Positions 13,240 to 27,212 are shown, numbered from the stretch's first letter. The stretch is DNA of 64,000 nt from Octopus vulgaris (GCA_951406725.2 OX597823.1:22134001-22198000); one strand, 5' to 3'. Notes: generated by a model not told the origin, from the sequence alone. Translations and numbers: made by a program.

Positions 13240-13660
13240 ATTCAGTTCTTGGAGTAGAGTAACAGTGAAGTAAATAAAATATTTCGTTGAGTAAATTGAA
13301 GATATTGTATAACCAGAAATTTATCTTCCATCTCTTCTGAAATAATATTGAAAAACAATCGAAGTAATAGTAAAAATTGAGTTAAAAATTGAACATCAAT
13401 CCTGGAACCATTTGTTTTTGAAGGGAACCTCCCAACTCTACGGTCAAATACACAATAAATGGCGCATAAGTTTGGACAGTAACTTTTTAATCCAGTATTT
13501 TCAGTTATATCCTCTTCGATATTTTCCAGCATCAATAACTTATAGCAAACTTCCAAACCATATGCTTCATTCAATTTTTCACTTGACATTTAAGTATTTC
13601 TCCATGTCATGCTATTCAGTATGTCAGTATATAATGCGTATTGGGCAGTGAATGATCAGA
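13240..13660 (-). pseudogene. Probable Penelope-like RT remnant
   Basis: Frameshifted motifs ALYTDIL (cf. SLYTNIP), LMLEN, QTYAPFIV (cf. PTYA) and FNLLNEI. Confidence 0.45.
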
Positions 13661-14719
13661 TTTGTATCAAATATCTATATAAACAGCCTCGTCGTACTAT
13701 TTTTTTTTCATTGACATAGATAGTGTTATTGTTGCTTCAGTTGGTTTCTGTTCTATAGTTCTTTTTGTCGTTGGTGGTGGTGGTGGTTGTCATTGTTTCC
13801 ATGATCTATGCCATTCTTGTTATCGCATTGCTGATTTTACCGTTGTCGCCGTTGTCGAACATCGGCTACGATTTGGATGTTATTGTTGTTATCGCTCCTG
13901 TTATCGTTGTTGCTGGCGTCGTCATCGTTGTTTTGCTGTCATTAGAAAATCGCTCTCGGTCTTGTGAAATAGCCACAAGCCGCTGAATGCTTTCAAGTGG
14001 AATATTTTACTATATAGTAGACTGTTATACATCAGCTATTAAAACAACATAGAGGTGGGCTCTAACGTTAAGCATAGTTGAACGATTAAGTGATTCATTC
14101 TGCTTTTACACAACATAATGGAGTTCCTTTTCATTGCCTGTCTCAGGACTTGAATTCTAGTTACACTGAGTTTTTCTTTCGCTATGTTTCCACCAGAGGA
14201 AATTATATAAATTGAATCAGAACCAATGTTATTTCAAGATGGCCTAATTTGATGTACATACATACATACATACATACACATACATATATTTGGAGAGAGA
14301 AAAATGTGTATGTGTGTATATGTATACTTTCATATTCATTGTTATGACTATAGTCCAGCCATCAGCTTTGTGTCATTATGTAAATTAATGTAAATTAATT
14401 CTACTTAGATTTTATTTGTTACACTCCAGTAATAGCCTTTCGCTGTCATCATCAATAATTTAAGAAAGAGAGGTAAGCGAACGCTGACGAGATTTCTATA
14501 AACAATACAAAATGTCCGTTCTATTCTCACTCCAAGTTGCCAAAAAAAAAAAAAAAAAGAAGAAAACCAACATGAAACTAGTTTCAAAACTGAGACTAAA
14601 TAAATGGATATGAAACCGATAATTTAGTATATGAAAATATTTAGATTTGAATAGTCTTCAGTTCGAAATCGAAATCAGCTCATCGATTTCATTCTTGCAC
14701 TATGACATTCATGAGATAA

Positions 14720-15230
14720 AACTTGATTTATTTCCCAATTCATACACATCAGAGTGTTCTGGAGAGTAGTAAAGATAACACAATGTGCGTTAAAATATCA
14801 AGTCAAAATAACTGTCTAATTCTTATGTAGATAATATAACATGAATATGCAAAAATATAAAAAAAATATGCCCTATCTGAAATTGAGTTTCAATAGAAAT
14901 AGAGTAATTTAGTTTGCTTAAACCAGATCAGTCAATATTAGAAATCATGAAGACACTACGAAATCTACATAGAGATTTAGTGAGGACACTTTCAGAAACC
15001 TTTACAACATCCACGCTTCATGTTTGCGAAACGAAGATGAGGAACAATATTCCCCTGGCAACCTCTGTATGGAAATTAAGAAACCAGGAATTTAGCAATT
15101 TGAACATCTTTTGTGATATACTGAACAAAAAGAAATCAAGCACCACAATTTAATAAACCCATGTTACGGAGTTTTTCATTTCTTTAAAGGGAATCAAAAC
15201 AATTGCTTTGCGCATCGAAAAATATTTACA
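14720..15230 (+). pseudogene. Penelope-like GIY-YIG endonuclease remnant
   Basis: Degenerate EIYI..SEDTFRNLYNIHASCLRNE..RNNIPLATSVWKLRN, resembling YIG.SE.TFK.RY..H..SFRN....LS..VWKL of PLE endonucleases. May continue the element at 11650-12620. Confidence 0.65.
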
Positions 15231-15247
15231 ATATTTTATATACATAC

Positions 15248-15328
<81 letters not shown>

Positions 15329-15339
15329 GCATATATATA

Positions 15340-15633
15340 TACATAGCACATAGTGCTAGTGCATGCATATACAGCTGCGTGCGTGAGCACACACGCGAGT
15401 ACTGTCCAAATCTCCGACCAATCACATACAGCTAGCTGGCATTCAATTGGCATATCAAGTTTCGGGCATTTTGATTGGGTTTTGGATAGAAAATTCACAA
15501 AAAAGTCACTTCTATTGATTTTTTAATGGCTTTGCGGGGTTACTGCAGATGTGCACGACCACCCTTGGATGGTTTTGAATGACCATAGAAAGTGCGAGCC
15601 CTCTAAGTGAAAAATTGTGGATTTGTATTACGG

Positions 15634-15664
<31 letters not shown>

Positions 15665-15674
15665 TTTTGCCGTT

Positions 15675-15687
<13 letters not shown>
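15340..15687 (-). mobile_element. Possible non-autonomous Helitron 5' portion
   Basis: Minus strand begins tatatatataaacggcaaaatgtgtg followed by a microsatellite, as in non-autonomous Helitrons. No 3' end found. Confidence 0.35.
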
Positions 15688-15737
<50 letters not shown>

Positions 15738-16429
15738 AAAATGGGAGTAAAAATCCTAGTAGATATCCATAACTTACAACTTCTCTAACGCTTACTTGGC
15801 ATCCACTTCAAACCCTTTCAAGTTAGGATTAAACCAATGTTCTAACACGTTTTGAAATCCAACTGGATGAAATAGTACTTAAATGTCTAGCTTCTTGAGA
15901 GATTTGAGACTAAAAATATTGAATAGACCTTTTGTGGGAAGCATCTTATTCGAGGCGGATTCATTACCCTGAAATTAAGAGACATAGCCAAAAGCTAGGG
16001 AATATTTTTGCTAAGATATCCAAAGACAACAAATATTCAAAAAGAATTTCATATTGCAGACATTAAAGCCTTAAAAAACATAATGCCTCTATAAAGTAGT
16101 AACATATACACACACCTAATGTTTTCAATACCTACCCTGAACCATGAGCCTCATGGAATCCCTATTCGTCCATTTATTACAACTTTGTTTGAACCCAGTG
16201 GGCTAAGCATTTCACTCCACCCTTTCCTCTCAAAGTTTCTAGTCATTTCTTAAAATTTTCTTTTGCAAAACCCTCCAGTTCATGCGACCCCTGGTGTACC
16301 CTTCTTATTTATAAAGTAGAAAGCAATGCAGATGCTAAATGGTCACATATCAATCTCTTCGACTCAGCATAAGTATATATCAACAAAATTACGGCACAAA
16401 TTAACAGAAGGAAATTGATCACGTTCTTA

Positions 16430-16800
16430 AGACAAACTTATCTGCGAACTGACATTGAGCACAGTTTTCGTCCGGTGAAATGCTGTCTCACACAACTTCG
16501 GCAGAATTGCGAATGTCACTGAAACAGTTACACGACATTTTAATGTGGTCGTGATATATCACCACTTTATGAAGGCCTTTGTTATAAACTGTATGGTCGC
16601 AGCGTAATTTGGAGACGAGGGAAATAGTCACATGGTGTTTTAGAAGTCAGGTGGTTGCAACCAGCCTGTCAAAAGATACACTAATTTCTGTTGGAATTTT
16701 CCAGAGAAGTATCTTGGAACCCTTGCTATTGGTGTTTGCTATCCTCACACAGGCAACCACTCAGACTGGCTATAATGATGATACACAATTATAGCTTCTA
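16430..16800 (+). pseudogene. CR1-like LINE RT remnant
   Basis: HSFRPVKCCLTQL, NVVVIYHHFMKAF and VGIFQRSILEPLLL correspond to RT motifs HGFR..CLTQL, VIYLDF.KAFD and GVPQGSVLGPLLF. Confidence 0.75.
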
Positions 16801-16982
16801 ATTAAAAGAACTAGTGAAAATGCTACATCTGGTATTTATTTTATCAGGGTCTATTTCTCGAAGCGATAAGTTACGGGACATAAAAGGACAGTTCAATATC
16901 ACATGTTTTTAGAACGTTGTTAACATAAATATAGACACAGATATACAATTCTACACATATACAGAACACAAACACACAGACA

Positions 16983-17455
16983 CACACAAATATGAATATA
17001 TACATACTTACATACATATACATACAAATATGAATATAAACATACTTACATATATATACATACAAATATGAATATATACATATTTACATACATATACATA
17101 CAAATATGAATATATACATACTTACATACATATACATACAAATATGAATATATACATACTTACATACAAATACATACAAATATGAATATATACATACTTA
17201 CATACAAATACATACAAATATGAATATATACATACTTACATACAAATACATACAAATATGAATATATACATACTTATGTATACATACAAATATGAATATA
17301 TACATATATATACATACAAATATGAATATATACATACTTACATATATATACATACAAATATGAATATATACATACATATGTATACATACAAATATGAATA
17401 TATACATACTTACATACATATACATACAAATATGAATATATACATATATACTTAC
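16983..17455. repeat. ~38-bp minisatellite, about 12 copies
   Basis: Unit catacaaatatgaatatatacatacttacatacatata, with some shorter variants. Confidence 0.9.
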
Positions 17456-19329
17456 ACACACGCATATACACACAATGGGATTTTTCACAATTTTTTCACA
17501 TCAAATTCTTCAGGGTAAAGCATTGGTCAAATTGAAGTTACGGTTATAGGCACCTCTTACTCTATCTATTGTGCAGTAGGACGAACTCATTACTATCTAG
17601 TTGTGAGCTTCTTAATCAGGCAGCTATGTCGACTCTGCATGTGTTTATGCCTCTTTGTTATTTAGTCCAATATCAAATCCCAGCGAAATGGATTTCGATT
17701 TTCATTCTTCTTGGGTCCATGAAATACAGTCATTAAAACATCAGTCAAGTACCGCTTGTGTGATTTCCTTGGCTATGCCATTCCTGATTCAAATTTGGGC
17801 TCAGGTGCATTAGAACTGATTAATAGTTTTAAGTAGAAACTATTGTCTCCACTCATAGAATATTTTATATCTAAACAAAATATTTATATTTTAAAGAATG
17901 CTAGATATTACTTTAATGAAAGAGGAAAGACAGAAAAAACAATACCATAACAGATGAGAGGCGAAACAAAAATAACTAATCAGCAAAACAGAAAAAAAAA
18001 TGTAAATATTCATGATTAAATGCTAGAAAAACAGCTGCAAGAATGTCTTTGTAACGTGATATAAATTAAAATGTGTTGATTCAAAATTAAGTTTGCTCGA
18101 TGTGTTTGATATTTTTGTTCTTGTGGAAGTTTTTGTAGGCGGTAATGTTGCGATACGCTGATGAAGCTGGTGGTGGTAATGATGGTTGGTTGTGCTGGTA
18201 TTACTCGTGACGATGTTAGTACAGCTGTACTGAAAGTATAGGGTTGATACTAATAGAGGTGAATATGGGTTATAAAATTAAAGATCCATAGTTTCATCTC
18301 GCAATAAAGTATCAGTGGATTTTCATACATCATATATTTGTCTCTCACATAAACCATTTTGTGATTTCATGCAAAATCTTTAAGAATATCTCAATAATGT
18401 CCCCAACGATTCCTCCTATAGGCCCCTCTGAAATTTTCAATTAAATCTTCGTTGCTTGCTCAATGAAAACTATCTGGTCCCCATTAAAAACTGCTTGGAC
18501 CCTATTAAAATTCACGCATTAAAATTTCTCTAGGTCTTACAACGAAATACCTTTTGGTTTCACAACAAAATCATTCTTGAATCTCTTAAAAGTCTTTAAT
18601 CTATTGAATCAAACATTAACCGTATTAGTCTCTCTTAGTATTTTCTCGCAATTTCTACACCTTATCACTACGACGACGATGACAACCACCACAGTTAACT
18701 GTCGCTTGATGTGGCGACTGACTTCACTGTTTATTATACGTTGCTACTCTTTCTCTTGAGATTTTATTACTAGTTATTTTATAGTTCACGGTTAGCAGCT
18801 GGGGGCTATGTATGCAAATAAAAATCCAAATTTAGGGAATGAAGTCGTTGAAATGCAGGCTAAATATGTTTCCTAGCTAGCTGATCCTCGGTAGTAATAA
18901 TTACTCGACGTGAGGTACTCCGCTAGATGCTCGTCAGGCTAAAGACACCTTAGTCAAATGAAGGATACAATATCGTCAAGGGATTCCATGTTAACACTCA
19001 GAAGATTTGATCAAAAATGTAGGGAAAGAATAGAGTGAGGGAGCAAAAGGGAAAGCATATCAAAGAAGACGTAATATATGGGAGTAGGTAAATGTCTAAA
19101 TTTGTTAAGGAAAAGAACAAGAATACGAATAAAGAAAATGAGAGGTGGAAGAGTAGGTGGAAAAAATTGGTATTATTGAAGCTGGCTAGGGGAATGTCTT
19201 TGTGAATTTAATCTGGGGGTCATTTACTGTGGCTACTGTAGAATAAATAAGTAGATTTATTGTGGTACTCTGTGAATACATTTAAGCAGGGTCAACGAAA
19301 AATAAATTCAATCTTTACTGATGCTAACT

Positions 19330-20066
19330 ACTTTTTATCTTTCCGGATAAACTCACTTTGGGTACAGAATTGAAGACTTGGAAAAATGGTACTAGAAACA
19401 TTTCGTGAAAATGTATAAAATTTGGCACCATAGTGTTATGAAATATCTGCAGAAAAAGGGGTAAGCCCCGAAGGACATTCATGCTGACGTTAGGGTTCTA
19501 CATTTGGGATTGATGAGCCAGCTTTATCAACTGTGCAAAAGTGGGCAGCTGTATTCAAGAGGGAGAGTCTTGAAGATGACCCAAGGTCCGGACGTCCTGC
19601 CACAGCCACCACCCAAGAAAACATCAATCATTTTCACCACATGGTGATGGATGACAGACGTTTAAATGTTAAACGGCGAAGGGGGTCCTACTTCACCAGG
19701 ACAATGCTCCTACACAGAAGTCTGTGGTTGCAATGGCTGCTGTGCGCGACTGTAGCTTTGAACTGGTTGATCACATTCCATATTCTCCTGATTTGGTACC
19801 ATCTGGCTATTTTCTGTTCCTCAACATGAAAAAAAAAAAAATACTTTGGTTGGGAAGCAGTATCGGACCGATGATGAAGTCATATCTGCTTTTGAGGACT
19901 TTTTGAGGATCAGTGTGAGAGCTTCTATTCCACAGAAATCCAAGCGCCGCAACACAGATATAAGAAGAGTATGGACTGCAGGTAGGACTATAAGGAAAAA
20001 TAAAACATATTTAGTCAAGACTATTGCATCGTGGTCAGCCTATGAACTTTTCAGCCCACCCTCGTA
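19330..20066 (+). mobile_element. Internally deleted mariner transposon
   Basis: STVQKWAAVFKRESLEDDPRSGRP (HTH), FHQDNAP and HIPYSPDLVPSGYFLF motifs. Right TIR-like end ...gaacttttcagcccaccctcg|TA. Confidence 0.9.
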
Positions 20067-20370
20067 ATTCCGGTAATCTTATAAATGTATAAATATACTT
20101 TTATTCCACATCTCACTTGCGTTTACAAGGATTTAGGCAGCGGAAATACTGAAGTGTGAATCTAGTGCCACTAAGTGATTATAGTTTAAAAAGCCCATAA
20201 CTCCGAAACTGTTTTGGAAAATGGTGATCGATTTCTTAAGTTGGGGATGACTTTTTTTTTGTTTCAAATAAAGCAAAATAAATGTTAGTTTCCTGACTTT
20301 TATGAAATTATTCATCGAATTACAATATAGTTTTATTAGGTTGTGAAAAAGTCACTACCTTAATGTATAT

Positions 20371-20578
20371 ATATGATGTGTTGTGAATTTATGGAAAGAA
20401 ATGCTATAAAACTCAACAATTTTGTTAAAACTGGAGAAGAAGGGATATTAAAATATATGAGAATTTTTAATGTGCATGAATTAAAATTATCCTATATATT
20501 TTAACATCTTTTCTCCAATTTAAACTAAATTGTTGAGTTTGATGGGATTTCTTTCCATAAATTCACAACACAACATAT
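20371..20578. repeat. ~210-bp imperfect palindrome
   Basis: tgtgttgtgaatttatggaaagaaat...aaactcaacaattt pairs with aaattgttgagttt...atttctttccataaattcacaacaca. Confidence 0.85.
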
Positions 20579-20639
20579 ACAAGAATTATTTTCATATTCG
20601 CAAATTTACGCCTGTAGACTATCAGCAAAATATAAGAAT

Positions 20640-21040
20640 AGGCGCAGGAGTGGCTGTGTGGTAAGTAGCTTGCTTACCAACCACATGGTTCCATGGTTCC
20701 TGGTTCAGTCCCACTGCGTGGCACCTTGGGCAAGTGTCTTCTACTCGGGCCGACCAAAGCCTTGTGAGTGCATTTGGTACACGGAAACTGGAAGAAGCTC
20801 GTCATATATATGTATATATATGTATGTGTGTATATGTTTGTGTGTCTGTGTTTGCCCCCCCCCATTGCTTGACAACCGATGCTGGTATGTTTACGTCCCC
20901 GTAACTTAGCGGCTCAGCAAAAGATACTGATAGAATAAGTACTAGGCTTACAAAGAATAAGTCCTGGGGTCGATTTACTCGACTAGAAAGCGGTGCTCCA
21001 GCATGGCCGCAGTCAAATGACTGAAACAAGTAAAAGAGAG
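20640..21040 (+). mobile_element. Family A SINE, full length
   Basis: Head-to-tail match to the other family A copies. Confidence 0.9.
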
Positions 21041-21115
21041 TAATCAATATTAGAAACCTTTTTTGGAAATCTTCAAGTTAAAGGGCGAATTTAATTCTGC
21101 CTTTTTACACACACA

Positions 21116-21160
<45 letters not shown>

Positions 21161-21622
21161 ACACACAAATATATATATTGTAGACTCACCAATGTATATG
21201 AGTGACTGAAGGAAACCGGAGGAAACTTTTCGATATGAGGATATAGTGCAGTTTATAAAATTATAACATTCCTTTCGAAGGCAACGTTAGCTTTTTTTTA
21301 TGATGGTGTTTGTTAGTAATAAGGATTCTGTTATATTGAAAGAATATTTCGTTCAGTCGACATCCGTTGAGTTTAAAATTCACAGACGCATACACACGCG
21401 CACAAATACATACACATATACACACATATAGACATATATGCACAAGCATATGCGCACAAACGCACGTGCACAAGCTCATGATGATGGCGATAATGATAAT
21501 GATAACGACAATGATGATGATGATGACGATGATGACGACGACGACGACGATGACGATGATAGCGATTACGACGACACATACGCGCGCACGCACACATATA
21601 TACACAAACATACGCACATAAG

Positions 21623-22006
21623 TGGAAGCACTCCGTCGGTTACGACGACAAGGGTTCCGGCTAATGCGAATCAACGGAACAGCCTGCTCGTGAATTTAAC
21701 GTGTAAGTGGCTGAGCACTCCACAGACACGTGTATCCTTAACGTAGTTCTCGAGGATATTCAGCGTGACACAGAGAGTGACAAGGCCGGCCCTTTCAAAT
21801 ACAGATACAACAGAAACAGGAAGTAAGAGTGAGAGAAAGTTGTGGTGAAAGAGTACAGCAGGGATCACCACCATCCCCTGCCGGAGATTCGTGGGGCTTT
21901 AGGTGTTTTCGCTCAATAAACACTCACAACGCCCGGTCTGGGAATCGAAACCGCGATCCTATGACCGCGAGTCCGCTGCCCTAACCACTGGGCCATTGCG
22001 CCTCCA
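21623..22006 (-). mobile_element. Family C tRNA-derived SINE, long form
   Basis: Minus-strand head ggaggcgcaatggcccagtggttagggcagcggactcgcgg, followed by body and tail. Confidence 0.85.
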
Positions 22007-22719
22007 CTGAGAGAAAGTTGTGGTGAAAAAGTACAGCAGGGATCACCACCATCCCTTGCCGGAGACTCGTGGAGCTTTAGGTGTTTTCGCTCAAACACTT
22101 TTGAGCGAAAACACCATACGCACATAAACGCATGCGTACAAGCACATGGTGATAGCGATAATGATGATAACGATGACAATGCTGATGGTGATGATGATGA
22201 TAATGAACCTTTCAGCAATTAGTTGGAATTATGTATATAAGGCCCTGTCTTAGGAAATCAATGTCAAACCTGTTCTTCTTGCCTTGATTTCATTATCAGA
22301 ACTTTTCTAAATAAAGAAGTAAAAAAAACATGACATTCGAAAGCCTGCACGAAGAATTCGTTTCTGTAGAGTCAACACTTCTCTCTCTCCGTTATTGAGT
22401 GACCCGAAAACAGGGTGTCAGATACAAGGCACCCAGAGAACGCATGCTAGAGAAGGTGGGGATGCAATACCCGTAGATTAATATTAATTACTTTTATCAC
22501 TGTTGTCAACATATATATGAGAAGATCTCCTTACCGAATGATATCAGACATGTGCCTTCGCTGATCGACAGCAAAAGAAATAAGTTTCTGGCAAATTCGC
22601 AATCATGCCTCGTAGTCTTATCTGGCTGTATGCCCTTGGTATGTAACGGTTAGTTAATTTTTGAAGCATGGCGATTTTGAATGTGAAGGCACCATTGAGG
22701 CTAATGAGTCGCTGAAAAT

Positions 22720-22760
22720 ATAGATAGATAGACAGACAGATAGATGAATGAATAGATAGA

Positions 22761-22841
<81 letters not shown>

Positions 22842-22842
22842 G

Positions 22843-22923
<81 letters not shown>
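22720..22923. repeat. (GATA)n microsatellite
   Basis: Directly visible. Confidence 0.95.
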
Positions 22924-23259
22924 GTGTCTTTATTAGCCACACAGGGCCGAACATAGAGGAGACAAAAAAAGCAACGTAGAAAAAAAGTAGAAAATAAAAT
23001 TCCGATCAAAAGGGATCGTGGAAAAAAATATAGATAGCTATCTATCTATCTAGCTAGCTAGCTAGATAGATAGATAGATAAGTTGAAGAATGCAAAGTTG
23101 GATTAGTGGAGCTCTTTATCTATCTATCTATCTATCTATCTAAGGGAGCTGGCATGGGTGGGGCCCTGATCAATTTGGATCAATCGAAAGCTAAATATCT
23201 GTCAGTCTGTCTATCTCTCTAGGTATCTAGTTATCTACCCGTATATGTGTGGAAGTTTA

Positions 23260-23299
<40 letters not shown>

Positions 23300-23653
23300 G
23301 AGAGAGAGAAAGAGGAAACGAGTGGGAGAGAGAAAGGGAGGGGGGAGAGAAAAAGAGCGTGTGAGAAAGGGAGAGAGGGAGAGTGAGAGTGAAAGAGAGC
23401 GCTGCCTAATCATCAGCATTACTATCACTAACTCTGTCACTTCATCCGTCTATGTTCAAGCATTAAATCAGCAAATCTATTTCAGCAAGTCTTTCAACGC
23501 CGTTCATAATCACGTTGGTATCATTTCATCGTGTTCTTTTGTTATATTGTTCTCTACACGGCTGTAAATCTTGTGTAAGTGCAACAGCCAAACGCCCACA
23601 ATATACATACACACACACACACATATACAAATATATACATACATTTACATGTA

Positions 23654-23712
<59 letters not shown>

Positions 23713-24303
23713 TCAATTCTCTTCGTTGCTTTTCATTTCCGATTCAGACAATAGTAACAGTTGCCTTAAGCTCGAGTCCTGGATTCTGCACTAATAATCA
23801 TCATTTATTTATTTGTGTATTTCTCATCTGGAGCTTAATAGCATACCTGTCTCGCAACCCATGTCTGCTCAGTGAATGTACGTGTTCCTACATATATAAA
23901 TACATACATGCATACATACACCACCTCCACACTACACACAGACACACACAGTACACACAGAAGAATACATGTATATGAGTATGTATACATCATATATGTG
24001 CGTGTCTGTGTGTTTACATGTATGTATGCCTGTATGTATGTATGTAATGTATGTAAGTATGTATGTATGTATGTATGCATGCATGTATGTATGTATATAT
24101 GTATGTATGTATCTATCTGTCTGTCTGTCTATATGTATATACAGAAGGCGTTTATCTTATGAAGCATTCATAGATGCTGGATCTCTGAAAGTGAGGTCAT
24201 ACAGTACGATAGTGCACCAATAATCTGAATATCTGTAGATATACATGAGATATAAAATATAGAATACATACATACATACATATATACATATATATATATA
24301 TAC

Positions 24304-24713
24304 ACTCTTTTATTCTTTTACTTGTTTCAGTCATTTGACTGCGGCCATGCTGGAGCGCCGCCTTTAATCGAGCAAATCGACCCCAGGACTTATTCTTTGG
24401 AAGCCTAGTACTTAATCTATCGGTTTCTTTTGCCGAACCGCTAAGTTACGGGGACGTAAACACACCATCGGTTGTCAAGCGATGCTGGGGAACAAACAAA
24501 GATGCACAAACATATACACATGCATACATACATGCATACATATACATATATACGACTGGCTTCTTTCAGTTTCCGTCTACCAAATCCACACACAAGGCTT
24601 TGGTTGGCTCGAGGGTATAATAGAAGACGCTTGCCGAAGGTGTCACGCAGTGGGACTGAACCTGGAACCATGTGGTTGATAAACAAGCTACTTACCACAT
24701 AGCCACTCCTGTG

Positions 24714-24717
<4 letters not shown>
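24304..24717 (-). mobile_element. Family A SINE, full length
   Basis: Reverse-complement match to family A. Confidence 0.9.
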
Positions 24718-24796
<79 letters not shown>

Positions 24797-24867
24797 TAAT
24801 AGTAATGGTAAGGCAACAAAAGAATGAAATAGAGGAACTTATCTGTAATATAATGTGACAATTATTC

Positions 24868-24946
24868 GGTTGCCATAATAAGACTCCGAGTTTCGGATGT
24901 CTGGGCGGAAACCTGCTCCGGCATCTCTTCAGTTATCGAGGCAATC
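24868..24946 (-). ncRNA. Type I hammerhead ribozyme motif
   Basis: Minus strand: gauugcc-uc-gauaa CUGAAGA gaug...cauc-c GAAA cucggag UC uuauu-au-ggcaacc. Canonical core, stems I and II, and a near-palindromic stem III. Confidence 0.75.
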
Positions 24947-25142
24947 AAAATATATTATGAAAATGCCCGTTAAACAAAGGGAAATTACTATGTAATTGAC
25001 CGTTATTAAGACAAAAGAATTATTAGAATGACCGTTAAATAAGGGGAAAAAACCGAAAGGGAGGAAGTAAAAAGTAAAAAGTAAAAATGCTCATTGCAAT
25101 CGCGTATGCGCGCATGTACATACACACACATGCGCGTACGCA

Positions 25143-25455
25143 CACCCATAGAAATTGGCAAATGTGAAACCTGTTGTCATAGGTGCCCTAGGAATGATAG
25201 CAAAAGGGCTGATTGCTACCCAGCTCAGATACCAGGAAACCCCAAAATGGTAGAAATTCAAACTCATCCTACGTAAAATACTGTCTATGTAACCTTAAAT
25301 TTTAAAACAAACTTATAATTTTCTTATGTTTTCTTAAATATTCTCTTGAACAATACTTTGTGCAAAACCATATATATGACACCCTAGGCATAACACCAAC
25401 ATGAACTTCTCTGAGTGATTCTTGGAGCCAACTTGTGCAAAAACAAAGCAAATAT
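25143..25455 (+). mobile_element. Dong/R4-like non-LTR element 3' end, followed by (TAA)n
   Basis: PVVIGALGMIAKGADCY..QIPGNPKM.EIQ..HILRKILSM* is a typical RLE C-terminus. Confidence 0.8.
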
Positions 25456-25462
25456 CATACAC

Positions 25463-25599
<137 letters not shown>

Positions 25600-25601
25600 A
25601 A

Positions 25602-25756
25602 TTGGAACAAACAGGGGCTGCAATAAGGGTGGAGCATTTGCAGAAAGCAGCGCTGCTAAGAACCGCTCGAATACTCCGGAAGGTGCTCGAAAAATATGAG
25701 GTGTTGCCTTAGTTCACTGGTAGTGAACAGCTGACACCGTAGTACTGTGCAAAGGC

Positions 25757-25757
<1 letters not shown>
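25602..25757 (+). mobile_element. Second Dong/R4-like 3' end, inside (TAA)n
   Basis: LEQTGAAIRVEHLQKAALLRTARILRKVLEK, flanked on both sides by TAA repeats. Confidence 0.8.
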
Positions 25758-25814
<57 letters not shown>

Positions 25815-25830
25815 GTAATAGTAATAATAA

Positions 25831-26386
25831 TGCCCTGATGCAGTACCAGGCAGTGGCTCTCATGGCTTCTGATCTTAACTGATTGGAAGTGTTATCATGT
25901 ACATTGTTTTGTCTTGGTATAAAAGATGGGCTACAGCAAATATTCTGCTCAATACCACAGATTTGCTTCTCAGTTGTTTGACCATAACCAGTTGAGCATG
26001 TCCCTTAGTGGCTAACGATATGTGCATCTCTGATCACGAGCAGAAGTAGTGGATGAGTATCATAGCCATGTGTTGAGAGGGATTCTTTGGGGTTTGAATA
26101 ATTCACCTCTGGAAACATGGGTGGTTCTTTCAACATCCTTAAAAAACCCTTATTCAGGGACCGTTTGAGCGGGATGGGCTACTCAACCTGAAGAAAATTC
26201 TAACTGGGCCCCACCTGCAAGGTCATGTGCTGTTTATCTTGATATGAAATCACCATGTCGCGCACATATGGTTGTGATGCATGTGCCTGGTGTACCCTTA
26301 TCAGACGGGTAGTCATGATGGGTATATTGGGCTTCGTATATCTTACCCCAGTTTCACTTTGATGGCATGAACTGCTCTCTCACTCA
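25831..26386. mobile_element. Non-coding insert bounded by (TAA)n, probably Dong/R4-related
   Basis: A higher-GC block of ~555 bp precisely flanked by TAA repeats, next to Dong-like ends. Confidence 0.45.
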
Positions 26387-27212
26387 ATAATAATAATAAT
26401 AATAATAATGATGATAAAATTATATAAAACTGAGTTAACGGTATTTATAGCTTAGCTTACAATTGTTTCATTAGTTTCCATGAAGTCACCCTTCCATCAT
26501 ATCACTGTTATGTCAATAACTTCTGGTTTTTGCTATGCACTGTGTTATGGAAACGTTCCTTAACGGCCCATGCCAAAACCCCACAATAAAGTGTAATCTG
26601 ATTGATTTTTGAATTTCACCGGAAGTCATATATACCCACAATTAAGCATAGTATAGAGAGAATGCAATGAAAATAGATGAAGAAGGGGCAGTTGGGACTT
26701 GATAAAAGAACTAGTAGCACATTAATACAGGCTGTATTAAGAATCTTTTAGTCGTCTATAATAAATTAAGTTGTTTGGTAGTTAATTTTGACAACTTCCT
26801 ATTTCGAGGCTTCTATAGAAAATCTAAGTTAGTTTGGACGCAGACATATTGTTAAATTTTCTAATGAAATGGGTCATTTAGATAAGTTCTTACAATAAAA
26901 CAATTACTCACAATCGTTTATACATGCTTACGCCCCTAAGCAATAAAAGCAGTTAGTTAACTATTTTGGGGTGGAGGTTAATGGAAACAGAGACGAACAG
27001 CAGTGGCAGTATGTACCAACAATGGCAGCATATAAAGTTATACATGAAATTTCCATTGCTGAAGCTTTCTAAAATATTCGCCCCAAACTCAAATTGGAAC
27101 AGAGAAGATAGCACTGTAATGCATCAAAGCAGCTGCTGACATATAATGTATGTATGTATGTATGTATGTATGTATGTATGTATGTATGTATGTATGTATG
27201 TATGTATGTTAT

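Noticed and set aside
16983-17455. Regular ~38-bp array resembling a CRISPR array
   Set aside because: Head-to-tail units with no unique spacers, no cas genes and a eukaryotic context; it is a minisatellite.
21935-22006. tRNA-Arg-like cloverleaf (also the heads at 9457, 49991, 54045 and 54689)
   Set aside because: Acceptor stems do not pair and each continues into a SINE body; these are not functional tRNA genes.
26240-26390. Possible HDV-like ribozyme on the minus strand (gactacccgtc..gggta)
   Set aside because: Could not build consistent P1/P2/P3 pairings with a 7-nt L3.
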